A DNA stretch of 64,000 nt from assembly GCF_006345805.1 (NCBI RefSeq), contig NC_043002.1, positions 11,222,001-11,286,000 of the forward strand. The letters run 5' to 3'. Source of the stretch: Octopus sinensis. Lineage: Eukaryota. Position 1 is the stretch's first letter; each line of letters starts with the position of its first letter. The notes beneath the pieces were generated by a model. It searched no databases, was not told where the DNA came from, and saw only the letters and a program-made list of their open reading frames with translations. Below are positions 34,975 to 48,099 of the stretch, in pieces. Made by a program: the position numbers and the translations under genes.

Positions 34975-35196
34975 TTTCTAAAGTGCTTTCATAAACAATA
35001 ATGGTAAAATCTCATTGAAAAATTACACTCTTTCAAATGAAAGATTATCTCTGGATTATGTTGGTTTCTCTGTTATATTAATTACATTATATTCAGATGT
35101 TGAACATGGGATAATCTGTAAAATAAAAGTTACAGTTTAGATGCAAACGTGGTTGTGTACTGAAACAAGTAAAAGAGTAAAGAGAGTATATATATA

Positions 35197-35350
35197 TTAG
35201 GTTGGTGCATAATTATTGCGACTTTTTTCAACAAATTTTATTCAACAAAAACAATTATAATATTTAAAAGAAACATCTTGAAATGATTATTCCGGAGCAT
35301 ATTCACCATCTACTTCAATTACTGCTTCCCATTTGCTTGGCAGACAGTCT
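35197..35350 (-). mobile_element. mariner 3' end fragment
   Basis: TA + TTAGGTTGGTGCATAATTATTGCG terminal repeat; minus peptide LPSKWEAVIEVDGEY (mariner transposase C-terminus). Confidence 0.75.
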
Positions 35351-35693
35351 GACTGTAATTTAAAGATGTTTTTATTGAATAAAATTTGTTGAAAAAGTTA
35401 TAAGACTGCAGATACCATGGTGGACCACAGTCATGAAGAGTTTAGTCGATCAAAACAACTTCGGACAATTGTCTTTCTCCCCACTTTTTTTTTTTTACTT
35501 TTTTGTAAAACCGGTTGATTAATCATTAGTTTAATCAATTAGTATCCAGACTGTTGCCATAGTAACAAAGCTAAAGCATGCAGACTGAAGCCGCTTGGCA
35601 CAGATTGACCTTGAATTCTGCTGTGCATGCACACTAAGTTTTAACAGCAGTGCTTGGAAGGAAGGTGTGTAGCATGTGATCCTCGCATTGACC

Positions 35694-35780
35694 ATGACAG
35701 AGGAAGTAGAGCAGAGAATCTGCATCAAATTTTGCCAAAAGCTTGGTGATACCAGCTCAGAGGCCTATGCAAAGTTTTCA
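35694..35780 (+). pseudogene. mariner transposase N-terminal fragment
   Basis: MTEEVEQRICIKFCQKLGDTSSEAYAK resembles the mariner EQRxCIKFCxKLG helix-turn-helix start. Confidence 0.65.
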
Positions 35781-36141
35781 AAAGGTTTTCATCATTCTCA
35801 ACAATGAAGATGTGCAACGGAAACCGGAGTGTCTTTTTAGTTGGCTGAAAGCAGTTTTGGCACAAACTTGACAGACACGTGTCTCATACCCAAATCTTCA
35901 GTTGTAATGGACTGAACTGAACCAAAACTAATCTGCACATCCTTTGGTAACTCACAGATGGTGATTCTACGATTTCCCCTCACAGCTGCACGCACATCTA
36001 CATTATTTTTCTCAGTTCTGCTGGTTGCGGATCTCCCAGAACATTTGTCAATATCGACATTTTTTCAGCCATATATACTTGGAGAGAGAGACACAAACAC
36101 ATACCTGGCTCACGAAATTTTTTTTCCCACAAGAGTTCCAA

Positions 36142-37099
36142 ACCCCAGTAATGAACTCATTTGCATACAGCCAATCAGAGCAGAGCTACTTTTATCCTTT
36201 ATAGTCAGCACAGGGCATTCCTTACTCTTTCCCTCTCTACTGGCAGACAGCAACCTTTTTGTCACTATCAAAGAAAAAATTTCGCTACCACTATAAGTAT
36301 TACTGTTTCTAATTACCTGTCAGGTAAACGAATAAATATATGTAAATATTTCTTCTTTCTCGGTATTGATCCTTTGAAGCGAACTATCCGACTGTGGCCG
36401 TTTGTCAGCCTCGTCTGGCACCTGTGCCGGTGGCACGTAAAAAGCACCCACTACACTCACGGAGTGGTTGGCGTTAGGAAAGGCATCCAGCCGTAGAAAC
36501 ATTGCCAGATCAGACAGGGCCTTATGCAGCCTCCTGGCTTCCCAGACCCCAGTTGAACCGTCCAACCCATGCTAGCATGGAAAGCGGACACTAAATGATG
36601 ATGATGATGATGTTTCCTGGTTACTCTGATGTTGGCACAATAACACGCTTGTCCAAACTGAATTGCTGAAGTTATTTCATTTTTTCCCAAAAAATGTTTT
36701 TAAAAAGTCAGAGCTTTAAAGTTTGACCATTTTCACCCTGTCAGGCGACAAGATAAGGTCACTTGGTTAAGGAACGACCATGCTCTTTTCTCTTTTAATA
36801 ATGCTTGTTGTTCTTGTTCCAACCATGGCTGCCTCTGCGTAGTTATTTGTGTTGTTTACTTTGTAAAGCAGTAAGGGGAGAGGGGTTGCTAACCCATCAT
36901 CCTCTACTCACATTTTTCTCATCCCCATCTTTACCATATGGGATCCCTAACAAAATCCAAATATAGGTATAGATGCAAATCCATCGATCGAATAACGTTC
37001 TTCGTCCTGAGTTTACTTGGTAGAGTATGTTCGTTAACTTCACAATAAGGTCAAGGTGACCTCTGATTGGCTGTATGCAAATGAGTTCATTACTGGGGT
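36142..37099. repeat. Perfect 39-bp inverted repeat containing octamer and CCAAT motifs
   Basis: ACCCCAGTAATGAACTCATTTGCATACAGCCAATCAGAG at 36142-36180 and its reverse complement at 37061-37099; imperfect extension ~35 bp outward. Confidence 0.9.
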
Positions 37100-37802
37100 C
37101 CGGAACTCCCGTGGGGAAAAAAACTTCGCACCCGGCTTGCGAGACTGGGTGGTGGCCCAGAGCTAGACACCTGCCTAAATATTCCACGCAACTATGCCTG
37201 CGCGTATATATATGTGTGCGTGTGTGTGTATTATATATCAAACGAGTTTCATATTCCGCTTATGATATTCCTACATATGTGCCCCTCCCCGACTTTGTCT
37301 TCTCATAACTTCCAGAAATATGGACATATTTTAATGAAATTTTCTACAAATACACTGTTGATTCTGACTGTATGGAAATTATGTGATGATAAAATTTTTC
37401 CGAGAGTGGGGTGAGGAGTTTCGGAAACTTCACAAGAGTCGGTTTTGTTTCCTCATAACTTTCGGGAAAAGCGGGTCATTTTTTCATATAAATTTTCTGT
37501 CTTTCAGAGTGTTTAAATTACGAATTTAATATGAAAGAAATATGGCGCGTTCTTACACATACAGACACACGTCACATATATCTAGAAAATGGAATATATA
37601 TCGAAAAAAAAACTTGTAATGTGTGTATGTGCTCGCTATTTTACTTTTCACATCAAATTCCGATACAATCGTAATTTATAAACCCTGAAAAATGTTTGTA
37701 GAAAATTTCATTAAAAATTACCCGTTTTTCTGAAAGTTACTAGGAAACCCGTGTTGCTTCTCTGAAACTTCATCCTAACCATAGAAAAAAAATTCCACAA
37801 CG

Positions 37803-37856
<54 letters not shown>

Positions 37857-39105
37857 TAACAATTTAATAAATAAAACATATGCATACACACATACATATA
37901 TGTACATACCTACATCTATATGTATATATACATGCATATATGAGTACAGGACACCACAAATAAACGTAGAACACAACGAGAAACGAAAGCATAAATTCAA
38001 AGAAGGAAACACACCTTTTTTAACAACGAAAAAACAAAGTACAAGACAAACAATACAAGGAAAATTCTCCTTCATTAGCTGCCCCTGTTTCGACGTACAG
38101 ATAAAAAGTTTTTTTCTGAAAAGGGAGCACTCTAGAAATGACACACTAAAATTCTCGAATGAATTTTAAAATACGGGTTTTTTATTGTTTATAAAACAAT
38201 TATAAAACGATAAGTCAGTTTAATAACAAACACATAAAATATCTACACAACGTTTGAATTCTCCCTAATATCTACAAAAATCCTAAGATCTTCAGTTTCA
38301 CGACTATAAAATAATAATAATTAAATAATTATATACAGTGCTCAGGTGCACCACAACACTACAAATATACCATAAAACAGTAATTAACTCCGTTCAATTA
38401 ATGCCAACAGTTGCTAATGCAAAAATAATGGTTTATTTGTAAACAGAATCAATGTAATTATATTTTTTCAAGTGGGGTCCCTTCCGTTTTTACTGGGGAA
38501 TGTAGCTGTCTACTATATATATATATTATACAATTATATTTGCATTATTAATTTTACATTCAACTTTTCGCAAAAACATTACCTTCCTTTCTTTCTTAAC
38601 CAATAGAGAGAAAAAATTCTCTTTCTCGTAAACTTAAATCTCTATGGAGACCGAATTAAAAGTTTCATAACTTTGTAAAACTTATATAAAAGTCCCATTC
38701 CTTTCCAACTTTATCGTTAACTTTCGATTTTTTGTTTATATAAAACAAGAATAGATCAAGTGTAAAAAAGAAATTAAATTTAATTAAACACGACTTACTT
38801 TTATTTCTGTCGAAATATACCGCTTATAATTAGAAGCACAAGGAAGTGGCTTCTTTTTAAAACCTCAATTAACAGTTACTTCCACTTGTCTAATCTATAA
38901 CTTAATGACGTTATTCAAATGATGACCTGGGATGATAAATACGAAGTGGAACTTATGTATTTAAGGAAGAAGGAACGTCTAGGGTCTAAAACAAATCCCT
39001 TCGTCGTAGGACTGAACGAGGGACTTTGTACTCGGTCGATCTTCTATCCAAATCGTTCTAACTGTACACGTTAAAAAAAAAAAAAAAAAGAGGGCGGGCA
39101 CTTGA

Positions 39106-39326
39106 GGCGGCGAGCTGGCAGAAACGTTAGCACGCCGGGCGAAATGCGTAGCCGTATTTCGTCTGCCGTTACGTTCCGAGTTCAAATTCCACCGAGGTCG
39201 ACTTTGCCTTTCATCCTTTCGGGGTCGATAAATTAAGTACCAGTTACGCACTGGAGTCGATGTAATCGACTTAATCCGTTTGTCTGTCCCCTCTGTGTTT
39301 AGCCCCTTGTGGGTAGTAAAGAAATA
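39106..39326 (+). mobile_element. Monomeric Nin/Deu-domain tRNA SINE, representative (many more copies on both strands)
   Basis: GGCGGCGAGCTGGCAGAAACGTTAGCACGCCGGGCG...GAGTTCAAATTCC (B box)...GACTTTGCCTTTCATCCTTTCGGGGTCGATAAA...GTAGTAAAGAAATA. Confidence 0.85.
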
Positions 39327-40733
39327 TATTTACGCAGTAGTTCATATCAGGGATGGGGGTCACTTGCGCTGTAGAGGACGATGGTCTGTTTAGAATCGTG
39401 TTTCGCAAGCGGTTTTTCTGGTGCCGCACTTTTTAACAACAAAAAATCTGGTGTCCATCAACATTTTTTTTTTAATATAGGAACACTCTTTGCTAGAGTG
39501 GGCTATGGTGCCCCACATATGACTGAAAGATTTCACCAGGTGGTGCTACTAAGTTGGATATGACCTGGGCCTATACTGGCCGAAACCTATCAAAGTTATC
39601 AAACAGTTCCGCACAATCCAACAATTTTGAAGTGAGTACTATAGGCGCAGGAGTGGCTGTGTGGTAAGTAGCTTGTTTACCAACCATATGGTTCCGGGTT
39701 CAGTCCCACTGTGTGGCAACTTGGGCAAGTGTCTTCTACTATAGCCTCGGGCCGACCAAAGCCTTGTGAGTGGATTTGGTAGACGGAAACTGAAAAGAAG
39801 CCCGTCGTATATATGTGTGTGTTTGTTTGTTCCCCTAGCATTGCTTGACAACCGATGCTGGTGTGTTTATGTCCCCGTCACTTAGCGGTTCGGCAAAAGA
39901 GACCGATAGAATAAGTACTGGGCTTACAAAGAATAAGTCCCGGGGTCGAGTTGCTCGATTAAAGGCGGTGCTCCAGCATGGCTGCAGTCAAATGACTGAA
40001 ACAAGTAAAAGAGTAAAAGAGTACTTAACTGGTACTTTACTATGTCGACCTTGGAGGAACAAAATACAAAATTTACCGCAGCATGTTTTGAACTCAGAAT
40101 GTGGTGAGTCAAGATAAATTCTGAAGCTATAATAATAATAATAATAATCCTTTCAACTGGAAGCACAAGGCTTGAAATCTCGGGGTACAGGATGAGTCAA
40201 GTACATCGACCCCAGTGTTTCACTGGTACTTTATTTATCGACCCCGAAAAGATGAATTTGAACTCCAAATGTAACAATGGGCAAAATACCGCCAAGTATT
40301 TCATCCAGCGAAAATATATACACGTATGAGTGTGTAGAGAGAGGATGTGTGTGTGTGTATCTACATATATATATCTACACACACACACACACACACATAT
40401 ATATATTTTTCCCTTCTATGTTTCCAACGAAGAGCTCCGCGCGAAATGTTAAACCCTCCTTCTTTCCTGAGCGTCCAATAATACTATATTTGTTTCACGT
40501 CCTCGCGTTGTTTTTTTTGTGCTTTCTTGTTTGGATTAACTATATATGTACATATACATGCATATATATATGTGTATAGGTACAGGAGTGGCTGTGTGCT
40601 AAGTAGCTTGCTTACCCATCACATGGTTCCAGGTTCACTCCCACTGCAAGGTACCTTGGGCAAGTGCCTTCTATAGCCTTGGGCCAACCAAAGCCCTGAG
40701 TGGATTTGGTAGACAGAAACTGAAAGAAGCCCG

Positions 40734-40766
<33 letters not shown>

Positions 40767-40780
40767 CACATACATACATA

Positions 40781-41109
40781 CAAGGTGATTCAAAAGTCAC
40801 CATACATAAGAACAATTTATCTTTTTTATAAGAACAGTTTTTTTTTATTTATTTAACAGGCTCTACATGGTTACCAGTTTTGAATACACATTGCAATACG
40901 TTAACCGCACTCACTGTGAATTTCTAATAGCACATCTGGTGATAATTTCCTTCAAATGATTTAGGTCCTTTATCTTTCTGTGATACCCCATTGCCTTTCA
41001 AATGCCCTCAAAGATAGAAATCAAGAGAGGTCAGATCAGGGGATCTTACAAACTATCTCTTATAAAAAAATAAATTTTTTCTATGTATGGAGACTTATGA
41101 ATCACCCTG
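40781..41109 (-). mobile_element. Internally deleted Tc1-like element nested in a family-B SINE
   Basis: TIR CAAGGTGATTCAAAAGTC / GACTTATGAATCACCCTG with TA flanks; minus peptide RSPDLTSLDFYL*GHLK (Tc1 SPDL motif). Confidence 0.8.
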
Positions 41110-43874
41110 TAGATATACGTGTCTGTCTGTCTGTCCCCCCACCGACATCACTTGAAAACTAACGCTGGTGTGTTTACATCCTCGTAACATAGCAGTTCGG
41201 TAAAAGGGCCCAATAGAATAAGTACTAGGCTTACAAAGAATAAGTCCTGGGGTCAATTTACTCAACTAAAGACAGTGCTCTGGCATGGCTACAGTCAAAT
41301 GACTGAAACAAATAAAGGAATATAAACTGTGTCAGCCTAAATGTGTGTGTGTGTGTGTGTGCGTGTGTGTCGAGCTGGCAGAAACGTTAGCATGCCAGGC
41401 GAAATGCCTAGCGGTATTTTGTCTGCCGTTACATTCTGAGTTCAAATTCCGCCAAGGTCGACTTTGCCTTTCGGTGTCGATTAAATAAGTATCAGTTAAT
41501 GACTGGGGTCGATGTAATCGACTTAATCCCCTTGCCTGTCTCCTCTACGTTTAGCCCCTTGTGAGTAATAAAGAAATATATATATATATATCTACTACCT
41601 ACCTATTTATATCTAGTCTACTATATTGTAGGGCCAACCAAAGCCTTGTGAGATTTGGTAGATGAAAACCAAAGATTTCCGTGTGTGTGTGTGTGCATAT
41701 ATATTCCCAACCACAGGGTTCCAGGTTCAGTCCCACAGTATGGAACCTTGCAGAATAATCTCAAGCTGACTAAAGCCTTGAGAGTGGATTTGGTAGATGG
41801 AAACTGAAAGAAGCCTATTGTGTGTATGTGTGTTTGTTCCCCGCTACTGTTTGGCAAATGGTGTTGGTGTGTTTGTGTCCTTGTAACTTATCAGTGTGTC
41901 AAAAGAAACAGATAAGACAAGAACTGGGATTTGAAAAAAGAAAAAAAAAAAAAAAAAAAGCACTGAGATAGATTCAACTAAAACTTCTTCAAATCGATGC
42001 TCCAGCATGGCCACAGTCTAACAACTGAAACGTGCAAGTAAAAAAAAACAACCAAAAAGTCATTAGAAATTAATAACTAGACCAACTTTATTTTCACATT
42101 TTTTTTATTATTTTTATTTATTTATTATTTTTTTTTTTTAGGTGCCGTAGTTGAAAAATATCAGTTTAGTTATTGGGGGTGGGCGAAAATTCTGAACTGT
42201 TGTGGGAACAGATACTTGCTTTCAAAGTAAGGATATTGCATGCTGAACACAAATACACACATTTACACTTACACACATAAATATCACATTAATAATAACA
42301 AGCTTTTGGGCGAGTGGGGGGGGGGTCTCGCAGTGCAGGCAGTAAATAAACTGCTGTGTTGTGGCTATTAAAAGATTTCGTGTATTTTCTTTTGATTTGA
42401 TACAAGGCCAATGGTTTAATTTTTCTTTTGTTTGTTTCTAGAGAGAGAGAGAGAGATAAGGTTCGCTGAATATACACAAGTGTCTTACAAACAGTTATTT
42501 TATCCCACTGGAGGATAAAAATCAAAACTGTAACCCCCCAGCCCCTCTTCTAAATGGGTTTTTTAATTGAGAACCAAATGCTAAATAATTTAAAATGTTT
42601 CAAGATATTTTGTCAGGTTCTCTCCTTTGAAGATACTTACAGGACCATGTTTGCAGACGAGAGAAAAAGGAGATAAAACAAGGACCTTACAGCCAGCCCC
42701 GATCAGCCTACCTTCTCACTCAGCCTCTCTGGCTGTGCCTGTTTGCTCCGAATCAGGCTTATTGGGCACCAACAAACCTGCAACAGTTATGGACATGCCC
42801 CACTGTAAATCTTCGCTCACGAAGCCAAGTCAAGAATATGTATGTGTGTGTGTGTTTGTATATCTATATCTATCTATATATATATATATATGTACACACA
42901 TATGTATATACATGAATATATTTGGTTACAAATTTTGGCACAAGGCCAGCGATTTCAGGAACTACACCGACCCCCAAGAAATCAACTGGTACTTATTTTA
43001 TCATCCCTGGAAAGGGACGGAAAGTGAAGTCAACCTTAGTGGAATTTGAACTCGAAACAAACACATCATCATCAGCGTTTAACATCCGTTTTCCATGCTA
43101 GCATGGGTTGTACACATGTATATAAATATGTATATATCTATCTATGTCCCCCTGTAAGTGTGGATCAAGGCCAAACATAGTTTTACTCAGGAGACAGAAG
43201 GCCACAAATATATCAGGGAGATGTCTGGGACCAAATGATGTTCATGACTTCTTTACCATTATTAATTAGTGGAAATGCATTGATTTAGCTCAAATTAGGG
43301 ACCAAAACACAGAAGCTTACTTCTTACTCTAAAATAGTTGCCATGCAACAGGTAAACTACAGAGAATATCTAAAGTCGAGATCAAGAGTTATTAGTTTCT
43401 AATAGCTACAGTAGAGTCATTTGAAAACCTTAGATTTAAGGTTCAAACCCAGGTGGAAGCTCAATGACAAGTTTTAAGTTTTATTTGAGCAGTGATGCGT
43501 AAAATGAAAGGATCTGAATTTAGTGTAAGCATTAAATGTTAGAAATGAGTACGTTTTTCTGTTTTAGACATACTCACTGGTGGTATACAATCTTCAAAAC
43601 TATACTCGCTTCATATACATACACAGAATCATGTATATAAATGTGTATGTGTGCATGAATATATACACATACATATATACATGTGTGAGTGCGTGCGTGT
43701 GTGTGTGTGTGTATGTATGTATATGGCTATACACATGTATGTGTGCATTAAATGTGTGTGTATGTGTGTGTGGTGGAATGTTGCCCCATATTAATGTTAT
43801 TCTACAAAACACAAGACAGTCGTTCGGATACAGAAGCAAATTTACAAACAACATCTGCAGCATTTTTGTTGCGT

Positions 43875-43880
43875 TTTATT
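43875..43880 (-). promoter_or_regulatory. Candidate YEATS2 polyadenylation signal
   Basis: AATAAA on minus with U/G-rich sequence downstream; alternatives at 44373-44378 and 44476-44481. Confidence 0.3.
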
Positions 43881-44956
43881 AAATGGAAAATCTTGGAATA
43901 TTTTCACAGGTTCCAACACAAAATCACAAAACAGGTTCCACGCTTTTCGTCACACCTATTTACACGGAAACTGAAATCAATGCAAACCTCTCATACAACA
44001 AATATTTGCAATAATCAATCACTAATCGCACACGTTCGACGTAATTATTTATACACAGAATTTCCAAATATTTCCTACCTACTGACATGAGAGGGAGATA
44101 AAGAAATGTCTAGGGTCTATATGAAGTCGATCAGCTTCGTGTAGCCAATCAACTCGACTTAAGCATCTCTAAAAATGGGAACAGCTTGAGAAAGGGGTTA
44201 AAACTGAGTGCAGCATGCCCACACCTGAGATGGAATGTCGATGTCCATAGCTATGACGACATATATAGAATCATATACCTCAATAACATATAAACACTGT
44301 TAGACATGTGGGAAAAACAAATGAACATTTCAATAGTCATATTCATATAGTTCACGCATAAGTACCATCTCATTTATTACCAACCATTAATCCAGGTTTC
44401 CAATAGCTCAACCCTTAATCCCTGCTTTTAAGTCGACTATATATATATATATATATACACACACATATATATATATTTATTTTTTTCAAGCTCAATAGTC
44501 CTTTCCCCTGCTCTATCATCAACACCACCACCGTCATATGGGCATCTGTTTCAATCTCTCTCTCACACACTCACACTCACATACACACACACATACAAGT
44601 GTCTCCTCCCTGAGGTATTGAAATTTAAGCTAGAACTCCAGAAATTTTCGAGAAATTCCCCCACCATCCCCCGTTCCTGAAGCTTCTACCTCCTCGGTGT
44701 CGCTTGCTCAGCTGAATATAATAACGAATGGAAACCGAGGTAGTCTATTCTTCATGCAAGGAAATACTACTCGTATTGTATAATATAATATAGCATAATA
44801 TTATATATTTCTGTGACACAAGAAGACCATCATTTAGTTTGCACTTTAAGACTAGGAAAAATAAAACTTTAGGCGAAGACATGAGCAGGGGTCCACCACC
44901 TTCCTGCTGAATGCTTTCTTTCAAATATGATTGTTGCATTGAAGCCAAGAATCTGT

Positions 44957-45113
44957 TCAGGTAATACCATGTTTCTCTTTGTTGTGGTCAACTGAAGGTT
45001 GAGTGTGGTCAGAGTCTACAACGAGACCGAGATTAGAATTGGTCAAGAAGTCACACGCTGGTACACTAGTCAATGCTTTGTGGATATCTTGCAAGGAAAG
45101 CTCCGCGGGGTAC
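44957..45113 (-). CDS. YEATS2: YEATS2 terminal coding exon (histone-fold end)
   Basis: gacag|G...TGA; YPAELSLQDIHKALTSVPACDFLTNSNLG...*, equivalent to IPKEITVSNIHQAICNIPFLDFLTNKHMG. Confidence 0.93.
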
Positions 45114-47789
45114 CTGTCGGAAAAGAAGGAGATACGAAAGTGATTGCATTAAGGTACTCGTTTATAAAGATATAACTGTGGTGCTTTTAGACCTAACAGA
45201 TCACACCTTATACTTCAAGCAAAATTGCAAAGGGAAATAGATTTTCTGTCAGAGAAGTGTAGCCTTACTAGGACTCTTTAATCCTTTTGTTACCATATTT
45301 TCATTAAAATGCACTGCTTTTATTCTATATTTTTGACCTGAGAAATTATGTACGCTATATACCCGCAGGCATATAGTGTAGGGGATAAGAGTGCGGGCTA
45401 CTAGGACCCGGATTTAAAGTTAAATCCCAGGTAGTGACTTAATAAGTAATACCTATTTCTTTACTACCCACAAGGGGCTAAACACAGAGAGGACAGACAA
45501 ATGGATTAAGTCGATTACATCGACCCCAGTGCGTAACTGGTACTTAATTTATCGACCCCAAAAGGATGAAAGGCAAAGTCGACCTTGGCGGAATTTGAAC
45601 TCAGAACGTAATGGCAAACAAAATACGGCTACGCATTTCGCCCGGCGTGCTCACGTTTCTGCCAGCTCACCGCCTTAAAAAGTAATATCAATAGGAAAAT
45701 AACATCAACATACCTTAGAAATGAGAACAGTGTACCCCATTAGTCAAATAAAGGCTTGGGTTTAAAGTTCCACCAGAACACCTGATGATGGCTGGAGAGT
45801 ACACCAGTCAAAATGTTGTGATAACAAACAAGATGAGGACACCTATCCGTTCACAGTACATAATGTACACTGCTTTTCATCATCATCATCGTTTAACGTC
45901 CGCTTTCCATGCTAGCATGGGTTGGACGATTTGACTGAGGACTGGAGAACCAGATGGCTGCACCAGACTCCAGTCTTGAATTGGCAGAGTTTCTACAGCT
46001 GGATGCCCCTCCTAATGCTAACCACTCCGAGAGTGTAGTAGGTGCTTTTTACGTGCCAGTCAGGCAGTACTGGCAACGACCTCGCTCGAATCTTTTTACA
46101 CATGCCACCCGCACAGGTGCCAGTGAGGCAATGCTGGTAATGATGACGCTTTTGTTTCAATTAATTTTTTTTAAATGAAGAATTTAATATTTTACTCCTC
46201 TTCACATTACTGTAATAGTTGTAAACGAGCATCATAATCATAGAAGCTATGTTCTTCGTGTCAAATCTTCAGTGTAAACAATGTTTGGCCAAGAGCAAAT
46301 AACACTTTACATGGGAACATGAGGGAGTTGGTAGCAGAAAGGCATCCAGTCAGAGAAAACCTGTCTCAACAAATTGTGTGACCCGTGCACGCAAAGGAAA
46401 GTGGACATTAAAATGACAAGTGATGACCACCACCTTACACTATGACAATCCTCATCATTTAACATCTGTTTTCCATGCTGGCATGGGTTGGATGGTTTGA
46501 CAGGAGCTAATAAGCCAGAGGGCTACACCAGGCTCCAATCATCTGTTTTAACATGGTTTCTAGGACTGGCCGCCCATGCCAGCACCACCTACTTTTCAGT
46601 GTACAGAGTGCTTTTTATGTGGTGCCAGCATGGTTACTATTCATGTGGTACCATTTCTCCTACTCAGTCTCCGGACTATCATATCCATACACAATATTAG
46701 CTGCAGCTTCAATAAACCTTTTTAACTACAAACACTGTACTGGGATAAACATGCCGGTGGCACATAGCACCATCCGTTCGTGGCCGTTGCCAGCCTCGCC
46801 TGGCCCCCGTGCTGGTGGCACGTAAAAGCACCATCCGTTTGTGGCCGTTTGCCAACCTGCTCTGGCTCCTTTTGCCGGTGGCACGTAAAAAGCACCTGCT
46901 ACACTCACGGAGTGGTTGGCATTAGGAAGGGCATCCAGCCGTAGAAACACTGCCAGATCAGACTGGGCCTGATGCAGCCTTCTGGCTTCACAGACCACAG
47001 TTGAACCGTCCAACCCATGCTAGCATGGAAAGCGGACGTTAAATGATGATGATGATGATCTCCAGTGATATTTGGAAAGAAACAGTAATTGGTATGTGCT
47101 GGTCAAGGCAAGCTTAGCATGCACGTCCAGAATCAACAGACAATACAAGAAGTGGACAACAGAGAGAGTTCAAGTACAAACTGTTACACTGCATCGCACA
47201 TGAATAAGCACAGCATTTTGAAGTGCACAGTGAGGTCATCAGCTCAGCAAACGTATCATTTATCTTCAGTTATAAATCTATGGATTTTACCCAACCATTT
47301 GGCTTTCTGTATGCCATACATTTTAATTTCCACTTTCCTTTGCACGTATGGGTCACACAATTTGTTGAGACAGATTTTCTCTGACTGGATGCTCTTCTGT
47401 CACCAACCCCGACATGTTCCCATGTAAAGTGTTATTTGCTCTTGGCCAAACATTGTTTACACTGAAGATTTGACACGAAGAACATAGCTTGTATGATTTT
47501 AATGCTAGTTTACAACTATTACAGTAACATGAAGACAAGTAAAATACTAAATTCTTCATTATTTGATATAATTCATTGAAACAATTAATGCTTGATCAGG
47601 ATGTAATTGGCACTGACCACTACAACAGACAGAACAGCTTGCAGGAACTTCTTCCCCGTTGAATACAATCCTCTAAGTTTGAAGAGAATCAGATCCGACT
47701 GACCTGATGTTTGGCAGAGACTGGAATGGATGGAACAACTTCTAAGAAGTTGACAGAAGAAAAATATATAAATATATGATGATTTTTAC

Positions 47790-47854
47790 CTTCCTTCTTT
47801 ACTTTTCAAGGCAAAAGCTGTCCTCAGAATGTCAGACATTATATTTTCCATACA
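47790..47854 (-). CDS. YEATS2: YEATS2 exon
   Basis: tctag|TGT...AG|gtaaaa; CMENIMSDILRTAFALKSKEG, equivalent to ATEQLVNDILRQALA. Confidence 0.9.
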
Positions 47855-48099
47855 CTAGAAAACAAGAACAAAAACAATAATAAATATTTCAAATTTTTGC
47901 CACAAGGGCAGCTTGGGAGAGGTGGGGATGAATTGATTACATCGACCCCAGTGTTCAACTGGTACTCATTTTATTGATCCCGAAAGGATGAAAGGCAAAG
48001 TCAACTTCGGCAGAATTTGAACTCAGAACGTAGTGACAGGAAATTACTGCTAGGCATTTTGTCCAGCACGCCACCTTGAATTAAAATAATAATCAATGT

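Noticed and set aside
42627-43049. 140-aa plus-strand ORF
   Set aside because: No recognisable domain; runs into TG/TA microsatellite and a SINE.
44745-44948. Minus ORF MASMQQSYLK... and the overlapping frame ILGFNATIIF...
   Set aside because: Lie just past the YEATS2 stop in the 3' UTR; no recognisable homology.
47575-47745. Open frame tested as the last YEATS2 exon
   Set aside because: Intron would be only ~49 nt and there is no similarity; the true terminal exon is 45113-44957.
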